The position numbers and the translations under genes were made by a program. The notes under the pieces were generated by a model, which did not search any database, was not told where the DNA came from, and saw nothing but the letters and a program-made list of their open reading frames with translations. 64,000 nucleotides of DNA from IMG/VR virus record IMGVR_UViG_3300028564_000919. One strand, given 5' to 3'. The stretch comes from an uncultured virus (IMG/VR IMGVR_UViG_3300028564_000919). Lineage: Duplodnaviria; Heunggongvirae; Uroviricota; Caudoviricetes. How positions within the stretch are numbered: the first letter of the stretch is position 1; every line of letters begins with the position of its first letter. Of the stretch, positions 29,302-39,192 are shown in pieces.

Positions 29302-29735
29302 TGGAAGAAAATTTGAAACCAAAGATGAAGGTCAAATTATTAGGTAGGGCGAAATTACCAAAGCAAGGTAGAGAAGGTGATGCAGGTTATGATTTATTTT
29401 TAAATAATGACGCAATCTTTAAACCTGGGAAAGTAGAAGTAATACCAACAGGTATATGTATTGAATTACCAGAAGGATACGCAGCTAATTTAGCAATGAG
29501 GAGTTCAGTGTGTAAAACAGGTTTGATATTACAAACACCTTTGATTGATGAAAATTATAGGGGGCAAATCCATATTATAGTTTATAATCCAACTGATCAT
29601 ATTATTGCTTATAGAGCTGGTGATAGAATTTGTTCGCTATATATGTTTCCGGTATATCAACCTGAGTTAGAAGTAGTTGAAGAATTAAGTGAAAGTAATA
29701 GAGGGACTAGTTGGTCTGGGAGTAGTGGTAAGTAA
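29301..29735 (+). CDS. dut: Trimeric dUTPase
   Basis: AGYDL, RSS, LIDENYRG, RGTSWSGSSG. Confidence 0.92.
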   Translation: MEENLKPKMKVKLLGRAKLPKQGREGDAGYDLFLNNDAIFKPGKVEVIPTGICIELPEGYAANLAMRSSVCKTGLILQTPLIDENYRGQIHIIVYNPTDHIIAYRAGDRICSLYMFPVYQPELEVVEELSESNRGTSWSGSSGK

Positions 29736-29762
29736 TGAAAGTAATAAGGGGGAAGAAGAGTA

Positions 29763-30182
29763 ATGCCTATTCTATTTACTAAAGGGAAGTTTGTACTTCA
29801 GACTGTTAGAAGAATAACAAGAGTAAGGGATGCCCCAGAGTTTGGGATAATTTCTTATCAAATCCCTGTTTTCGAAGGATTGCATATTAGTAGAGAGAAT
29901 GATAAATTATATGAAGGAAAGAAAACATATTATGCAGTCGCAGAAATAGAATATGATAAAGAATTTGGTGAGGTAGAATGGAATTTTATTTCTGGTGATA
30001 GGTTTGAGGGGATTACTTCAAAAGAGTTAGATGATTTTTATGAAGTATTGAATTTTGCTAAAACATTATTTTTAGGTGGCCCAGAGGAAATTGAGGGGAA
30101 AGAAGTAACTAAAGAAGATATAGAAAACTCTGAAGAATTAGAGAAGTTAAAGAGAGATGGCAAGGTGGTATTGCTTGGTTAA
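29763..30182 (+). CDS. Hypothetical protein
   Basis: ORF in the operon. Confidence 0.55.
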   Translation: MPILFTKGKFVLQTVRRITRVRDAPEFGIISYQIPVFEGLHISRENDKLYEGKKTYYAVAEIEYDKEFGEVEWNFISGDRFEGITSKELDDFYEVLNFAKTLFLGGPEEIEGKEVTKEDIENSEELEKLKRDGKVVLLG

Positions 30183-30693
30183 GAAGACAAAAGAGCAACT
30201 TAATTTAGAAGATAAGATTTACAAGCTAGAGGATTTTCCGGTGTTTCAGTTATGGGATAAGAATGAGAAGAAGTTTTACCCAAGAGCTTTAAATAAAATA
30301 TCAATAACATTTTTGGAGTCTTTAGCTTATAATTTGATAGGGTTAAAGAGAGACCCAGTAGGAGAAGGTGAATTATTTGAAGTTATAGTAAAAGAGTTTC
30401 TATGTTCAGTTAATTATTCATATTTTAGTAATTCAACATATGAAGCTATAGGATACTCTGAAAATGCTTATTGTGGGGGAGATGGTTCTATAGAAGAGCA
30501 ATTTACATGTTGGGCGTTAAATATACCTATTGAAAAATATAGGGGAAAGAATAGGCCATATATTGGAGTATTTAATATGAATAGTTTAGATTTGAGTGTA
30601 TTAGAGAAATGGTTAGAAAGTTCAGAGTATTTTAAGTTATGTAAGAGTTATAATGACAAGGGAAAAAGAAAATATTACTTTAACAAAGATTGA
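30157..30693 (+). CDS. Hypothetical protein
   Basis: Overlapping ORF in the operon. Confidence 0.55.
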   Translation: MARWYCLVKKTKEQLNLEDKIYKLEDFPVFQLWDKNEKKFYPRALNKISITFLESLAYNLIGLKRDPVGEGELFEVIVKEFLCSVNYSYFSNSTYEAIGYSENAYCGGDGSIEEQFTCWALNIPIEKYRGKNRPYIGVFNMNSLDLSVLEKWLESSEYFKLCKSYNDKGKRKYYFNKD

Positions 30694-30976
30694 AGGAGCT
30701 TATTGGTTAGATAACACAGCAACACCAGCAAATGAAATTGACAAAATTGCTAAAGTAAAGTTCAAGATTACAAACACTTCAGACCACTCAGTATTAAAGG
30801 CAACTATTAGTAGAATAGGGTCTGAACCAAACTGTGTAATCACAGACGCACCAGCTGTTCCAGGAACAAAAGTTAAAGATGAATTCTTTGAATTTGAGTA
30901 TACCTTTGAAGTAGATGGTTTACACGACGTTGCTGAATTCAACAATGTATACACAGTTACATTAACAGCTGAGTAG
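30653..30976 (+). CDS. Beta-rich fragment, possibly the 3' part of a host SipW-associated secreted protein
   Basis: Shift to NNC-ending codons (aac, gac, ttc) from ~30680; directly upstream of the SipW-like gene. Confidence 0.4.
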   Translation: MTREKENITLTKIEGAYWLDNTATPANEIDKIAKVKFKITNTSDHSVLKATISRIGSEPNCVITDAPAVPGTKVKDEFFEFEYTFEVDGLHDVAEFNNVYTVTLTAE

Positions 30977-30995
30977 TAAGAAAAGGACTTGAGTT

Positions 30996-31994
30996 ATGAA
31001 GAAGGTAGTAGGATATATAATTGACACCTTTATTATTATTTTGTTTATAATATCTACTATCTTTTTTATAGGAACTCTCAAAGGTAAGACAAATTATTTT
31101 GGTTATGCGTTAGTAGAAGTTAAAACAGGTTCTATGGAAGCTTCAGGTATTAACATAGGGGACGTTCGGTTAATAAAGAGTGTTGATAGATATGAGGTAG
31201 GAGATATTATAGCATTTCATAAAGATGGTTCTATATATTTCCATTTAGCGATAGAGGAAGTTAAGAGTGGTTTTATAACGCAAGGGACTTCTAATCTAGC
31301 ACCGGATAGTGGTATAGTAAGACACGAGGACATTATAGGTAAACAAATATCAAATAGGAATTTCAACTGGTTTGTATCAGTCCAGTTTAGAATTACTTTA
31401 ATTTTACTAGTATATTTAATTATAATGTTTTTCTTAGGGGCTACATTATATGATATATTGTTTGAAAATAATATATATTATGGTGGTAGTAAGGGATTAG
31501 TTTTAATACTTTTATTTTTACTATTACCAGCCTTACCAGTGTATGCACTGGATACTAATAATAGTACAGTGAACCATTATACTGAATATGAAGCTTTTAT
31601 AGACACAGGGTATTTTACTATAGTTAATGATGAAGTAGTAGGTTATGACAACTCTTCAGGTGAGACTGTAGTAACGTTTCCTGCTTATAATAGTAATGGG
31701 GAACCTATAACAGTAGTAACAGATAAAGTAATTAGGTTTAATAATAATGTAGAAGTTGTTATAATTCCACCATCAATTACAAGTTTAGGAAAATTAAATT
31801 TCCAGCACTGCCCTAATTTAAAAGAGTTGATAGTGTTGGCAGAAAATCCTATATGCAGCTTTTCCAACCAAGGAAACCCTTTAGTAGGAATAGACATATA
31901 TGTTCCAGATAGTGTGGTTCATATTTATAAAACAACACATCCTTGGAGTATCTATGCAAGTAGGATCTTCCCATTATCAAGTAGAACAAATTAA
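30996..31994 (+). CDS. SipW/ER-type signal peptidase I (S26) fused to TM segments and a short BspA-type LRR domain
   Basis: TM, VKTGSME, GDV, GDIIAF, YFH, ITQGTSN, DIIGK; C-terminal IIPPSITSLGKLNFQHCPNL...IYVPDS. Confidence 0.75.
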   Translation: MKKVVGYIIDTFIIILFIISTIFFIGTLKGKTNYFGYALVEVKTGSMEASGINIGDVRLIKSVDRYEVGDIIAFHKDGSIYFHLAIEEVKSGFITQGTSNLAPDSGIVRHEDIIGKQISNRNFNWFVSVQFRITLILLVYLIIMFFLGATLYDILFENNIYYGGSKGLVLILLFLLLPALPVYALDTNNSTVNHYTEYEAFIDTGYFTIVNDEVVGYDNSSGETVVTFPAYNSNGEPITVVTDKVIRFNNNVEVVIIPPSITSLGKLNFQHCPNLKELIVLAENPICSFSNQGNPLVGIDIYVPDSVVHIYKTTHPWSIYASRIFPLSSRTN

Positions 31995-32007
31995 TTTTAT
32001 TTTAGGT

Positions 32008-32044
32008 TGAGTTTACTTGATAATTTAAAATAATATGATATAAT
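32008..32044 (+). promoter_or_regulatory. Phage promoter motif, copy 10
   Basis: tgagtttact...tatgatataat. Confidence 0.8.
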
Positions 32045-32084
32045 ATATAAGTAATAAAAATATAAAGGAGGATAAGTTAAAGTT

Positions 32085-32879
32085 ATGTTAAGAATTACAA
32101 GAGATGAGAACAATGTTATTTCATTTGTTCAAACTAATGAAGGGTATTTTAAATACACATTTCTATTGAAACCATATGAAGGAACTTATAATGGTAAACC
32201 AGTAGAACCATTATACAAAACAAATTTTTATACTGAAGATGAAGATACAATCCAAACATTAGTTACATACGCTCAAGAAGTAGCAAACGCTAATTGGGGG
32301 AAGGGTAAACAAGTAGATTTAAGTAGAATTAAGTTACCATTTGAATTTATTGATGCAGATGGTAATAAAACTTATAATTTTGAAAACAATAACCCCCATG
32401 TAGGTATTGAGCTTAAGACAAGGAGTAAGTGGCAACCGAAGCTTTATTTTATTGATGCTACAGGTTATGGTGTTGAAGTAACGGAAGAAACACAAGGTGA
32501 AATTTACTCAGGTATGGTTGGTGAAGTAGTAGTTAATTTTGCACCTTATAATTTAGGGGGAAATTACGGTATTACATGTTACTTAAATGCAGCATGTAAA
32601 ACAAAGACGGGAACACCATTTAAGACTGGTCCACAAGTAACAGCTGATATGTTTACTAGACCAGATGCACAACAAGTTCAAACAAACACTTCCGGGTTTG
32701 GAATTCAACCCCAAGAAGTTAAGGAAGAACCTATTGGTGTAACAAATGTTGTAAACCAAACATCAGTAACTCAAGCAAAAGCTAATATTCAACCATCTAA
32801 AACTGTAGTTAATTCTACACCACAATCAACACAAACAAATGATATTCATAGTGTATTAAATAATTTATTAAAGAAATAA
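32085..32879 (+). CDS. ssb: Single-stranded DNA-binding protein (DUF2815/Enc34-like)
   Basis: EIYSGMVGEVVVNFAPYN..GNYGITCYLNA. Confidence 0.75.
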   Translation: MLRITRDENNVISFVQTNEGYFKYTFLLKPYEGTYNGKPVEPLYKTNFYTEDEDTIQTLVTYAQEVANANWGKGKQVDLSRIKLPFEFIDADGNKTYNFENNNPHVGIELKTRSKWQPKLYFIDATGYGVEVTEETQGEIYSGMVGEVVVNFAPYNLGGNYGITCYLNAACKTKTGTPFKTGPQVTADMFTRPDAQQVQTNTSGFGIQPQEVKEEPIGVTNVVNQTSVTQAKANIQPSKTVVNSTPQSTQTNDIHSVLNNLLKK

Positions 32880-32885
32880 TAGATT

Positions 32886-33596
32886 ATGAATAAGGGCAAT
32901 CTAGTTTTTGGATTAGACCCAAGCTTTAGTAATTCAGGTTTATGTATTATCGACATTGAAGGTAGGGGTATTTATTTTTTCTCTATTAAACCACCAGGAA
33001 AAAATGAAGATTATGAAACTTCATTAAAGAGGTCAGAATATATAGTTAAAGAAATAGTAGGGAAATTTTATTTATTAAATATTGAGTTTAATATCTGTAC
33101 TGATGATTATATAACAGTTTTAATATATGAGGAGCCTTTAATAACATCACAGAAGGCATCAAGATTGGGTTTATTATCAGCAACTATATATAGCTTTTTC
33201 GCTTCAACTTTATATAAAGAATTAGAATTTATTGATGAAGCAAAAGACTTCTTTTCTGAGGCATATATAATACCACCAAATTATGTTTCAAATTTATGTA
33301 GGCCTATAAGGAAGAAATATAGTTTAAACAAGAAGGCAGCAAGTAGGAAAGTAGCTGAAGATATTTTAGAGTATTTAGTTACTGAAAAGAGTTTTGAAGT
33401 TTATATACATAATGATAAATTAAATAAGGATGGGTTGATGAAAAAAAGAAAATTAACACACGATGAGTGTGAAGCATTTCTAATGGCCTTAGGTTATATT
33501 AGAGATGGAGTTGATAGGGATTTTATAGATAAAGGATTATTGGATTCTTTAAGTTATAAATTTTTCGATAAAATAAATATAAAGAAAGTATATTAG
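32886..33596 (+). CDS. RuvC-like Holliday junction resolvase
   Basis: FGLDPSFSNSG, YEEP, HDECEA. Confidence 0.8.
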   Translation: MNKGNLVFGLDPSFSNSGLCIIDIEGRGIYFFSIKPPGKNEDYETSLKRSEYIVKEIVGKFYLLNIEFNICTDDYITVLIYEEPLITSQKASRLGLLSATIYSFFASTLYKELEFIDEAKDFFSEAYIIPPNYVSNLCRPIRKKYSLNKKAASRKVAEDILEYLVTEKSFEVYIHNDKLNKDGLMKKRKLTHDECEAFLMALGYIRDGVDRDFIDKGLLDSLSYKFFDKINIKKVY

Positions 33597-33601
33597 TAAA
33601 G

Positions 33602-33895
33602 ATGAATAAGAAAGAAATATTAGCAAATAGTTTAATACATAAATTGGTAGTAGATACTTTTGATACTGAGGACTATATTGGTTATGAAGTTACAAAAGTA
33701 GAGGATGGAAAAGTAGACATTAAAGTTTACATTGATTGTGGTGAGCTTAATGGTTGTAGAGTAGAAACAATAGAAGGAATTTACCCAATAATTGATTTTA
33801 TTGAATTACAACAAGGAGTAAATCCAATTATGGGTACTGAAGAAAAACGAATTTCATTAAAAGTAAAGGGAGTAAAAACAAAGGGTAGAATATGA
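33602..33895 (+). CDS. Hypothetical protein
   Basis: ORF in the operon. Confidence 0.55.
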   Translation: MNKKEILANSLIHKLVVDTFDTEDYIGYEVTKVEDGKVDIKVYIDCGELNGCRVETIEGIYPIIDFIELQQGVNPIMGTEEKRISLKVKGVKTKGRI

Positions 33896-34392
33896 ATGAA
33901 AAAGAAGTATTAGTAGTAGAAGAACATGGGGCAGAAGTTATAGAAGCAAAGTCATTTAGGGAAAGTTTTCAGACATCAGTAAATGAATTATCAGTATTAG
34001 TAAATAAAGCTGTAGATGATTATAAGAATACAATTCCAAAATATGATGAACTAGAGGATAAGATATTAGCATTAGTTAATTTACCAAATGGTATTGATAC
34101 ACCCGGATTTTCAGAGATGGGGATCCCAAAAATGTTAACTCGTATGAGTCATGGGGATTTATTAAAATTATTGGGAATGTGCCAAAAAGCAAAGACAGCA
34201 CCAATAGGAGATTTTACTAAATTGATTCAAAGTTTAACAGTATATTATGAAGATGATAAATTATCTAATCAAATTAAAACTCTTAGTGTTTTAACAGAAG
34301 CATTGACATCACCGAGGGGACCCATTGTTGAACCTAAACAAATGACAGTGGAAGACTTTGTTGAAGAAGTAATATTAGAAGACGATAATTAG
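33892..34392 (+). CDS. Hypothetical helical protein
   Basis: ATGA-coupled ORF. Confidence 0.6.
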   Translation: MNEKEVLVVEEHGAEVIEAKSFRESFQTSVNELSVLVNKAVDDYKNTIPKYDELEDKILALVNLPNGIDTPGFSEMGIPKMLTRMSHGDLLKLLGMCQKAKTAPIGDFTKLIQSLTVYYEDDKLSNQIKTLSVLTEALTSPRGPIVEPKQMTVEDFVEEVILEDDN

Positions 34393-34416
34393 TTAAAGGG
34401 GGTCAAGGGATATATA

Positions 34417-35019
34417 ATGTTATTTAACGTAAGGATAACGAATGAAGATGCAAGAGACCCAGATAACTTATGTAGTTTACTCTATAAATTTCTAGATTTA
34501 TATATCCCGTTAAGGCTTGTGTATGAGGATAAGGATGAAATAGCAAACTGTAAACAAGATACTATTTTACATTTATTACAGAGGTATAATGAATTAGATG
34601 ATGATAAGAAGGATACAATAAATTTAGAGAAATTTTTTTATAATCGGTCTCATAGTTTTGTTTCAGCATATATTCGTAAATTAAAAACAAGGCGGAAGTA
34701 TGAAAGGCAGTTTACTTCCCTTGCACAAGAAAATATATCAGAGCATATAAGAAATTATAGTAATCCTGTATATTTATTTGATATTGATATGGAAATATTA
34801 TTACCTTTAATAGAGAGGTATAATTTGGATTCAAAAACTAGGAAATTAGTAGAAGAGAGATTTAATGAATTCCTAGAAGATTTTTATAGTAATTTATTAT
34901 CAAATGATGAGATGTTAATAAAGGAAGTTCCAAAAGAAAATATAACATATTTAGCATTTTCCATATTAGATGATTATATTATAGGGTTGAATAAGAAAGA
35001 AAAGAAGAATAAAGATTAA
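34417..35019 (+). CDS. Possible phage sigma factor (region 2 only, gp55-like)
   Basis: CKQDTILHLLQRYNELD...NLEKFFYNRSHSFVSAYIRK resembles sigma region 2.2-2.4; lies just before the structural module. Confidence 0.5.
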   Translation: MLFNVRITNEDARDPDNLCSLLYKFLDLYIPLRLVYEDKDEIANCKQDTILHLLQRYNELDDDKKDTINLEKFFYNRSHSFVSAYIRKLKTRRKYERQFTSLAQENISEHIRNYSNPVYLFDIDMEILLPLIERYNLDSKTRKLVEERFNEFLEDFYSNLLSNDEMLIKEVPKENITYLAFSILDDYIIGLNKKEKKNKD

Positions 35020-35025
35020 ACGATT

Positions 35026-35127
35026 AAAAAAAGCTTTTAAATTTGGCTTAAGTTGTATTTGAGAACTTTATCTATATATTTATATAGGTATAAAAGATAA
35101 AGTTCCTTAAACGTCAATTTTTGAGCT
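35026..35127 (-). repeat. Dispersed palindromic element, copy E (inverted)
   Basis: Reverse complement reads agctc..aattgacgtttaag..ctttatctttt..cctatataaatatatagataaagtt..aagccaaattt. Confidence 0.75.
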
Positions 35128-35143
35128 ATATAGGAGATGGTAA

Positions 35144-35530
35144 TTGGCAAAGGATATTAGAAATTTAACATATTATTATAATCTTAATCAAGAACAGTAT
35201 AATTTATTATTAAAGATTTTATCTAATAATAAAGATGATATTTATGCACAACAAATATTATTAGTATTATATTTATTGGAGCATAATTTACCAATGTTGT
35301 TATCATTAGTAAAGGTTGGTAATTTAGAAAATAAATATATTTTTGTAAAACCTTTTATAAATAAATTATATTCTTATATAAAAGAAGTAATAATATTAAC
35401 TAATTATAAACAATATATTAGGGCTGATGGGACAGTTAATGTATCTAAGATGGCAAGAGCTCAATTATTAAAAGATATAAAGGCTGATAGATTTTTAATC
35501 GCTCGGATATTAAATAAATATAAGATATAA
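35144..35530 (+). CDS. Hypothetical protein
   Basis: RBS aggag, TTG start. Confidence 0.55.
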   Translation: MAKDIRNLTYYYNLNQEQYNLLLKILSNNKDDIYAQQILLVLYLLEHNLPMLLSLVKVGNLENKYIFVKPFINKLYSYIKEVIILTNYKQYIRADGTVNVSKMARAQLLKDIKADRFLIARILNKYKI

Positions 35531-35535
35531 TGAAG

Positions 35536-35560
35536 AGCTATCATAAAAGATAGCTTTTTT
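35536..35560 (+). terminator. Rho-independent terminator separating the replication and structural modules
   Basis: agctatc-ataaaa-gatagct followed by a T run. Confidence 0.8.
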
Positions 35561-35677
35561 GTTGAAAAGTTGTTATATTTTCATTGAAAATATACAGTTC
35601 AAAAGTGTATTATATTATATAAGTGATAAAAGAATACTTAGAACTTATAGAAGGGATTATAAAGGGGGTTAAACAAC

Positions 35678-36514
35678 TTGGCAAGCATACAATTTAATAC
35701 GTCAGGTGGGGCTTTTGATAACACATTCAATGAACACAATTATAAAAATATTACGGTTGTCCCTTCTTTACCAATCCCCTTAAGAGAAGGTTATATTTTT
35801 GAAGGTTGGTATACAGATAAATTAAAACGTAAAAAGTTTGAATTATCTTTTGGAGATTTTTTAGAAGATGATATTTTACTATATGCTAAGTGGAATAAGA
35901 AGAAGAGTAATGTAAAAGTTCAACCACAAGTTAATGAAAAATATAATATAACATTACAATTTTTAGAGAGTGCATTTATAAATGGAAACGATGTTATAAT
36001 AACACAAGTAGATAATTATGAATTGACGGAATTAGCTGGTGAAAAATTTACATATAAAGAACCATTTAATGCATATATAATTTACGATGAAAGACCTAGT
36101 GTATATTTATTGAAGAACTTAGGTTGGTATAGGGAAGGAAATGAAAACCCATCAATAGCATATATATCAACACATGTATTAAAAGATAAACGCACTGGTG
36201 AAATAATCTGGGGTGAAGTGATTGATGGGCAAGATTATCAATTATTAGTAAAACAAGGTGAAAGTCAAAATTATAAATTAGAGCCTATTAAAATAATCAG
36301 GGGAACTTTAATAGATGTATTTTATGATTTTTTACCAGAATCAAGGAATAGATTTTATGTTACGGAAGTTAAGGTAGATACAGTTTCAATTAATTATATA
36401 GTAAGTTTAAAACCTTACAAACATATAGTTGGCCCAGAATATGAAGATAAAGAAGCAGTAGAACAGAACCCTTCAAACCATAAATATTTAGATTTTGATA
36501 GCGATAAATTTTAA
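35678..36514 (+). CDS. InlB B-repeat (Listeria/Bacteroides repeat) fused to a putative neck/head-completion domain
   Basis: FNTSGG...PLREGYIFEGWYTD...LLYAKW; C-terminal LKNLGWY...IIRGTLI...FYVTEV; adjacent to the portal. Confidence 0.6.
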   Translation: MASIQFNTSGGAFDNTFNEHNYKNITVVPSLPIPLREGYIFEGWYTDKLKRKKFELSFGDFLEDDILLYAKWNKKKSNVKVQPQVNEKYNITLQFLESAFINGNDVIITQVDNYELTELAGEKFTYKEPFNAYIIYDERPSVYLLKNLGWYREGNENPSIAYISTHVLKDKRTGEIIWGEVIDGQDYQLLVKQGESQNYKLEPIKIIRGTLIDVFYDFLPESRNRFYVTEVKVDTVSINYIVSLKPYKHIVGPEYEDKEAVEQNPSNHKYLDFDSDKF

Positions 36515-36556
36515 TTATTAAGAGTTTAAACAATTAAAGATAGGAAAGGTGAGTAG

Positions 36557-38962
36557 GTGGCAGAAAAAAAGAAAAACTTATTTCAAAGAATTTTTAGTAG
36601 AAATAGAAAAGAACCATTGGAAGAAAGCACAACAATTAGTATGGTTAACCCATCAAAAGAAATGAGTGATAAAATTAGTGAGATGAGGTTATATACAAAT
36701 ACAGCTAGAGTCTTAAAGATAACTGATGTAAATAATGCATCAGAAGAACTTTTAATAGGTACTTATAGGGATATGGACAATGACTCTATTATATCAGGGG
36801 CATTAGATTTATATGCAGATAATGCGACACAAGTAAATAGTAAAACAGGCCACGTAGTTTCTATAAGAAGTTCAAATAAATTATTTGAAGAAGCAGTAAA
36901 TGACTTTCTTTGGAATATAGTAAAAATAGATAACAGAGCATGGCAAATAGTTCGTGATATTGCAAGAGATGGTTATATTTATTTAGATACTAAACCAATC
37001 GGGAATACTAATGCATGGGTATTTTTACCAGTTATAAAACCCTATAATATTCAAGCATTAACTCAAAATGGTGAGGATATTGATTATTATTTAGTTACTG
37101 AGGACATTAACGATACATTGGATAGTAAGCTTGGGGGATTTTACTCAGGAACTGGTAAATCATCAATCTATAAAACTATTGAACCTAGGGATAGATTTAT
37201 AAGTGGATTTGCAACTTCCGAAATTGTTGGTGATGCAGAAATAGAAATAAGTTCTCTATTTTCTGATAAGACTGAGGAAACTACAACTCAGAGGTTATGG
37301 ATAAAATCAGGACGTTCACTATTAGCACCAATAGTAAATACTTGGGAGACTTTAGTGATGTTGGAAAAATCATTATTTATAAACAGGTTATCAAGAAGTA
37401 AGCAATTTAATATTGTAGGAATTAACGTAACAGGAACCGATAATAAACAAGCTCAAAATATTATAGATAATATTAAGAAATCCCTAAAATCCTCGGAGAC
37501 AATAGATGAACAAGCTTCTAATTATCTAAATAGAACATCACCAGTTCAATTGGATGACTTTGTATTTATCCCAAACCGTGATGGTGTTGGTAGTATTACA
37601 ATTGATAAAATTGTTCCATCTGATATTCAACAAAACTTAGATGATATTAACTACCAAAGAAATAAATTATTTGGGGGACTTGGTATATTAAAAGCATATT
37701 TAGGTTTTGAGGAAACAACACCGAGTGGACTTGGTTCTACAACATTAGTTCAATTAGATGAACGTTTTGGTCGTAGAGTAAAAAGACTTCAACAACCATT
37801 AAGAGATGTAGTAGGGAAGATGGTTACTTATTACCATTTATATTCATCACCTAATAATACCTTAGATAATTTACCAGATTTTACAGTAGAGCTTGCTGAA
37901 GTTTCTGATGCAGCAAGTAGAGCTGCTCAAGAGTTAATAAATCAAGGGTTTGATAGAGCAAATAATTTATTAAGAATTATAAAGGATGATTTATTTATTG
38001 ATTATGTAGATACAAATAAATTATTTAAATATATATTTGAGGATGTAATTGGGATAGGGACTGTTAATTTTGATAACACAAGACAACCTGATGATGTTAA
38101 ACTTAAGATTTTAAATTTATCTGAGTCTATAAAAGATATAGATAATAAAAAGAGAACAAATGGTTATTTAAAAAGATTATTAGAAAACGATAAAAATAAA
38201 ATAAAACCTAATTGGACTTTTAAAGGTAAGCTTCAGGAATTCTTACAAGTAGCATTGAGTGATGATGAGAAGATAAAGGAATTAAGTGAATCAGTATTTA
38301 CATTAAGAGATAGTGATTATACTAAACTTGAAGAAAGTAAGAAAGATATAGATTACTTAAATAATCAAGTAAAAAAAGTATTAACAGAAGTTCAAAATAA
38401 TAACCATACAACATTAAGAAACAAGAGTAAGAAAGAAGACCCAGAGAGAATTAAAAAATCCAAGAAAATTCAAGTTGACTATTATGGTATTGTAGATTCT
38501 GATACTGTTTTATTTTATGCTTCTGCTGAGGACCCAGAGAAGAATAGAAAAGCTGGAAGACCTACAGAGTATGAAGTAAGAGTAAAATTAAAAGATCTGC
38601 TTGAGATGGTAGAAGATAATGTTGAGAATGGTTTTAAGATAACAGACCAAGAGGTAGTAAGGCTTGCAGTATGGGCAGGAGACTTAGAGTTATCTTGCAC
38701 TTGTCCGGCTGCTAAATATTGGGGAATGCAGTATAGAGGAACATTAGAAGATTACAGTTTAATTAAGAACTGGATAGAACCAACAGTATTAGAGCCAAAA
38801 CAACCACTATGTAAGCATACAATAGCAGTAATTACTAAAGCGTTGCCTTTCATAGTAAATACTTTAGTAAGAGACTTAAGAAGAGCAGGAACATTACCAG
38901 ATAGAAAAGAGAAGAGTAGAATTTTAGCTGAGATAGAAAAAACCAAAAGTGGTGGGAAATGA
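36557..38962 (+). CDS. Portal protein (gp20-like) with a C-terminal SWIM-type zinc-finger extension
   Basis: YRDMD..IISGALDLYAD, GRSLL, LEKSLFINRLSR, DFVFIP, DDINYQRNKLFGGL, DERFGR; C-terminal CTCP...CKH. Confidence 0.85.
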   Translation: MAEKKKNLFQRIFSRNRKEPLEESTTISMVNPSKEMSDKISEMRLYTNTARVLKITDVNNASEELLIGTYRDMDNDSIISGALDLYADNATQVNSKTGHVVSIRSSNKLFEEAVNDFLWNIVKIDNRAWQIVRDIARDGYIYLDTKPIGNTNAWVFLPVIKPYNIQALTQNGEDIDYYLVTEDINDTLDSKLGGFYSGTGKSSIYKTIEPRDRFISGFATSEIVGDAEIEISSLFSDKTEETTTQRLWIKSGRSLLAPIVNTWETLVMLEKSLFINRLSRSKQFNIVGINVTGTDNKQAQNIIDNIKKSLKSSETIDEQASNYLNRTSPVQLDDFVFIPNRDGVGSITIDKIVPSDIQQNLDDINYQRNKLFGGLGILKAYLGFEETTPSGLGSTTLVQLDERFGRRVKRLQQPLRDVVGKMVTYYHLYSSPNNTLDNLPDFTVELAEVSDAASRAAQELINQGFDRANNLLRIIKDDLFIDYVDTNKLFKYIFEDVIGIGTVNFDNTRQPDDVKLKILNLSESIKDIDNKKRTNGYLKRLLENDKNKIKPNWTFKGKLQEFLQVALSDDEKIKELSESVFTLRDSDYTKLEESKKDIDYLNNQVKKVLTEVQNNNHTTLRNKSKKEDPERIKKSKKIQVDYYGIVDSDTVLFYASAEDPEKNRKAGRPTEYEVRVKLKDLLEMVEDNVENGFKITDQEVVRLAVWAGDLELSCTCPAAKYWGMQYRGTLEDYSLIKNWIEPTVLEPKQPLCKHTIAVITKALPFIVNTLVRDLRRAGTLPDRKEKSRILAEIEKTKSGGK

Positions 38963-39192
38963 TGAATTATAATAGAATAAATGAAGAAGGTTATATTAAT
39001 GCAGCAAAATATTTTATATTATCTGGTGTTAAAAAACAAGAATTACTAGAATTAGGATTTGAAGAAAATGATACACTTCAAGCATATGATGAATTATTAG
39101 AGGAAAAATATTAATTTTAGTATTGGTGATAAAGTAAGAATTAAAGATGAACTAGAAGAAGAATATAAAAAATAAAGGGAGAGTAAAGAATT

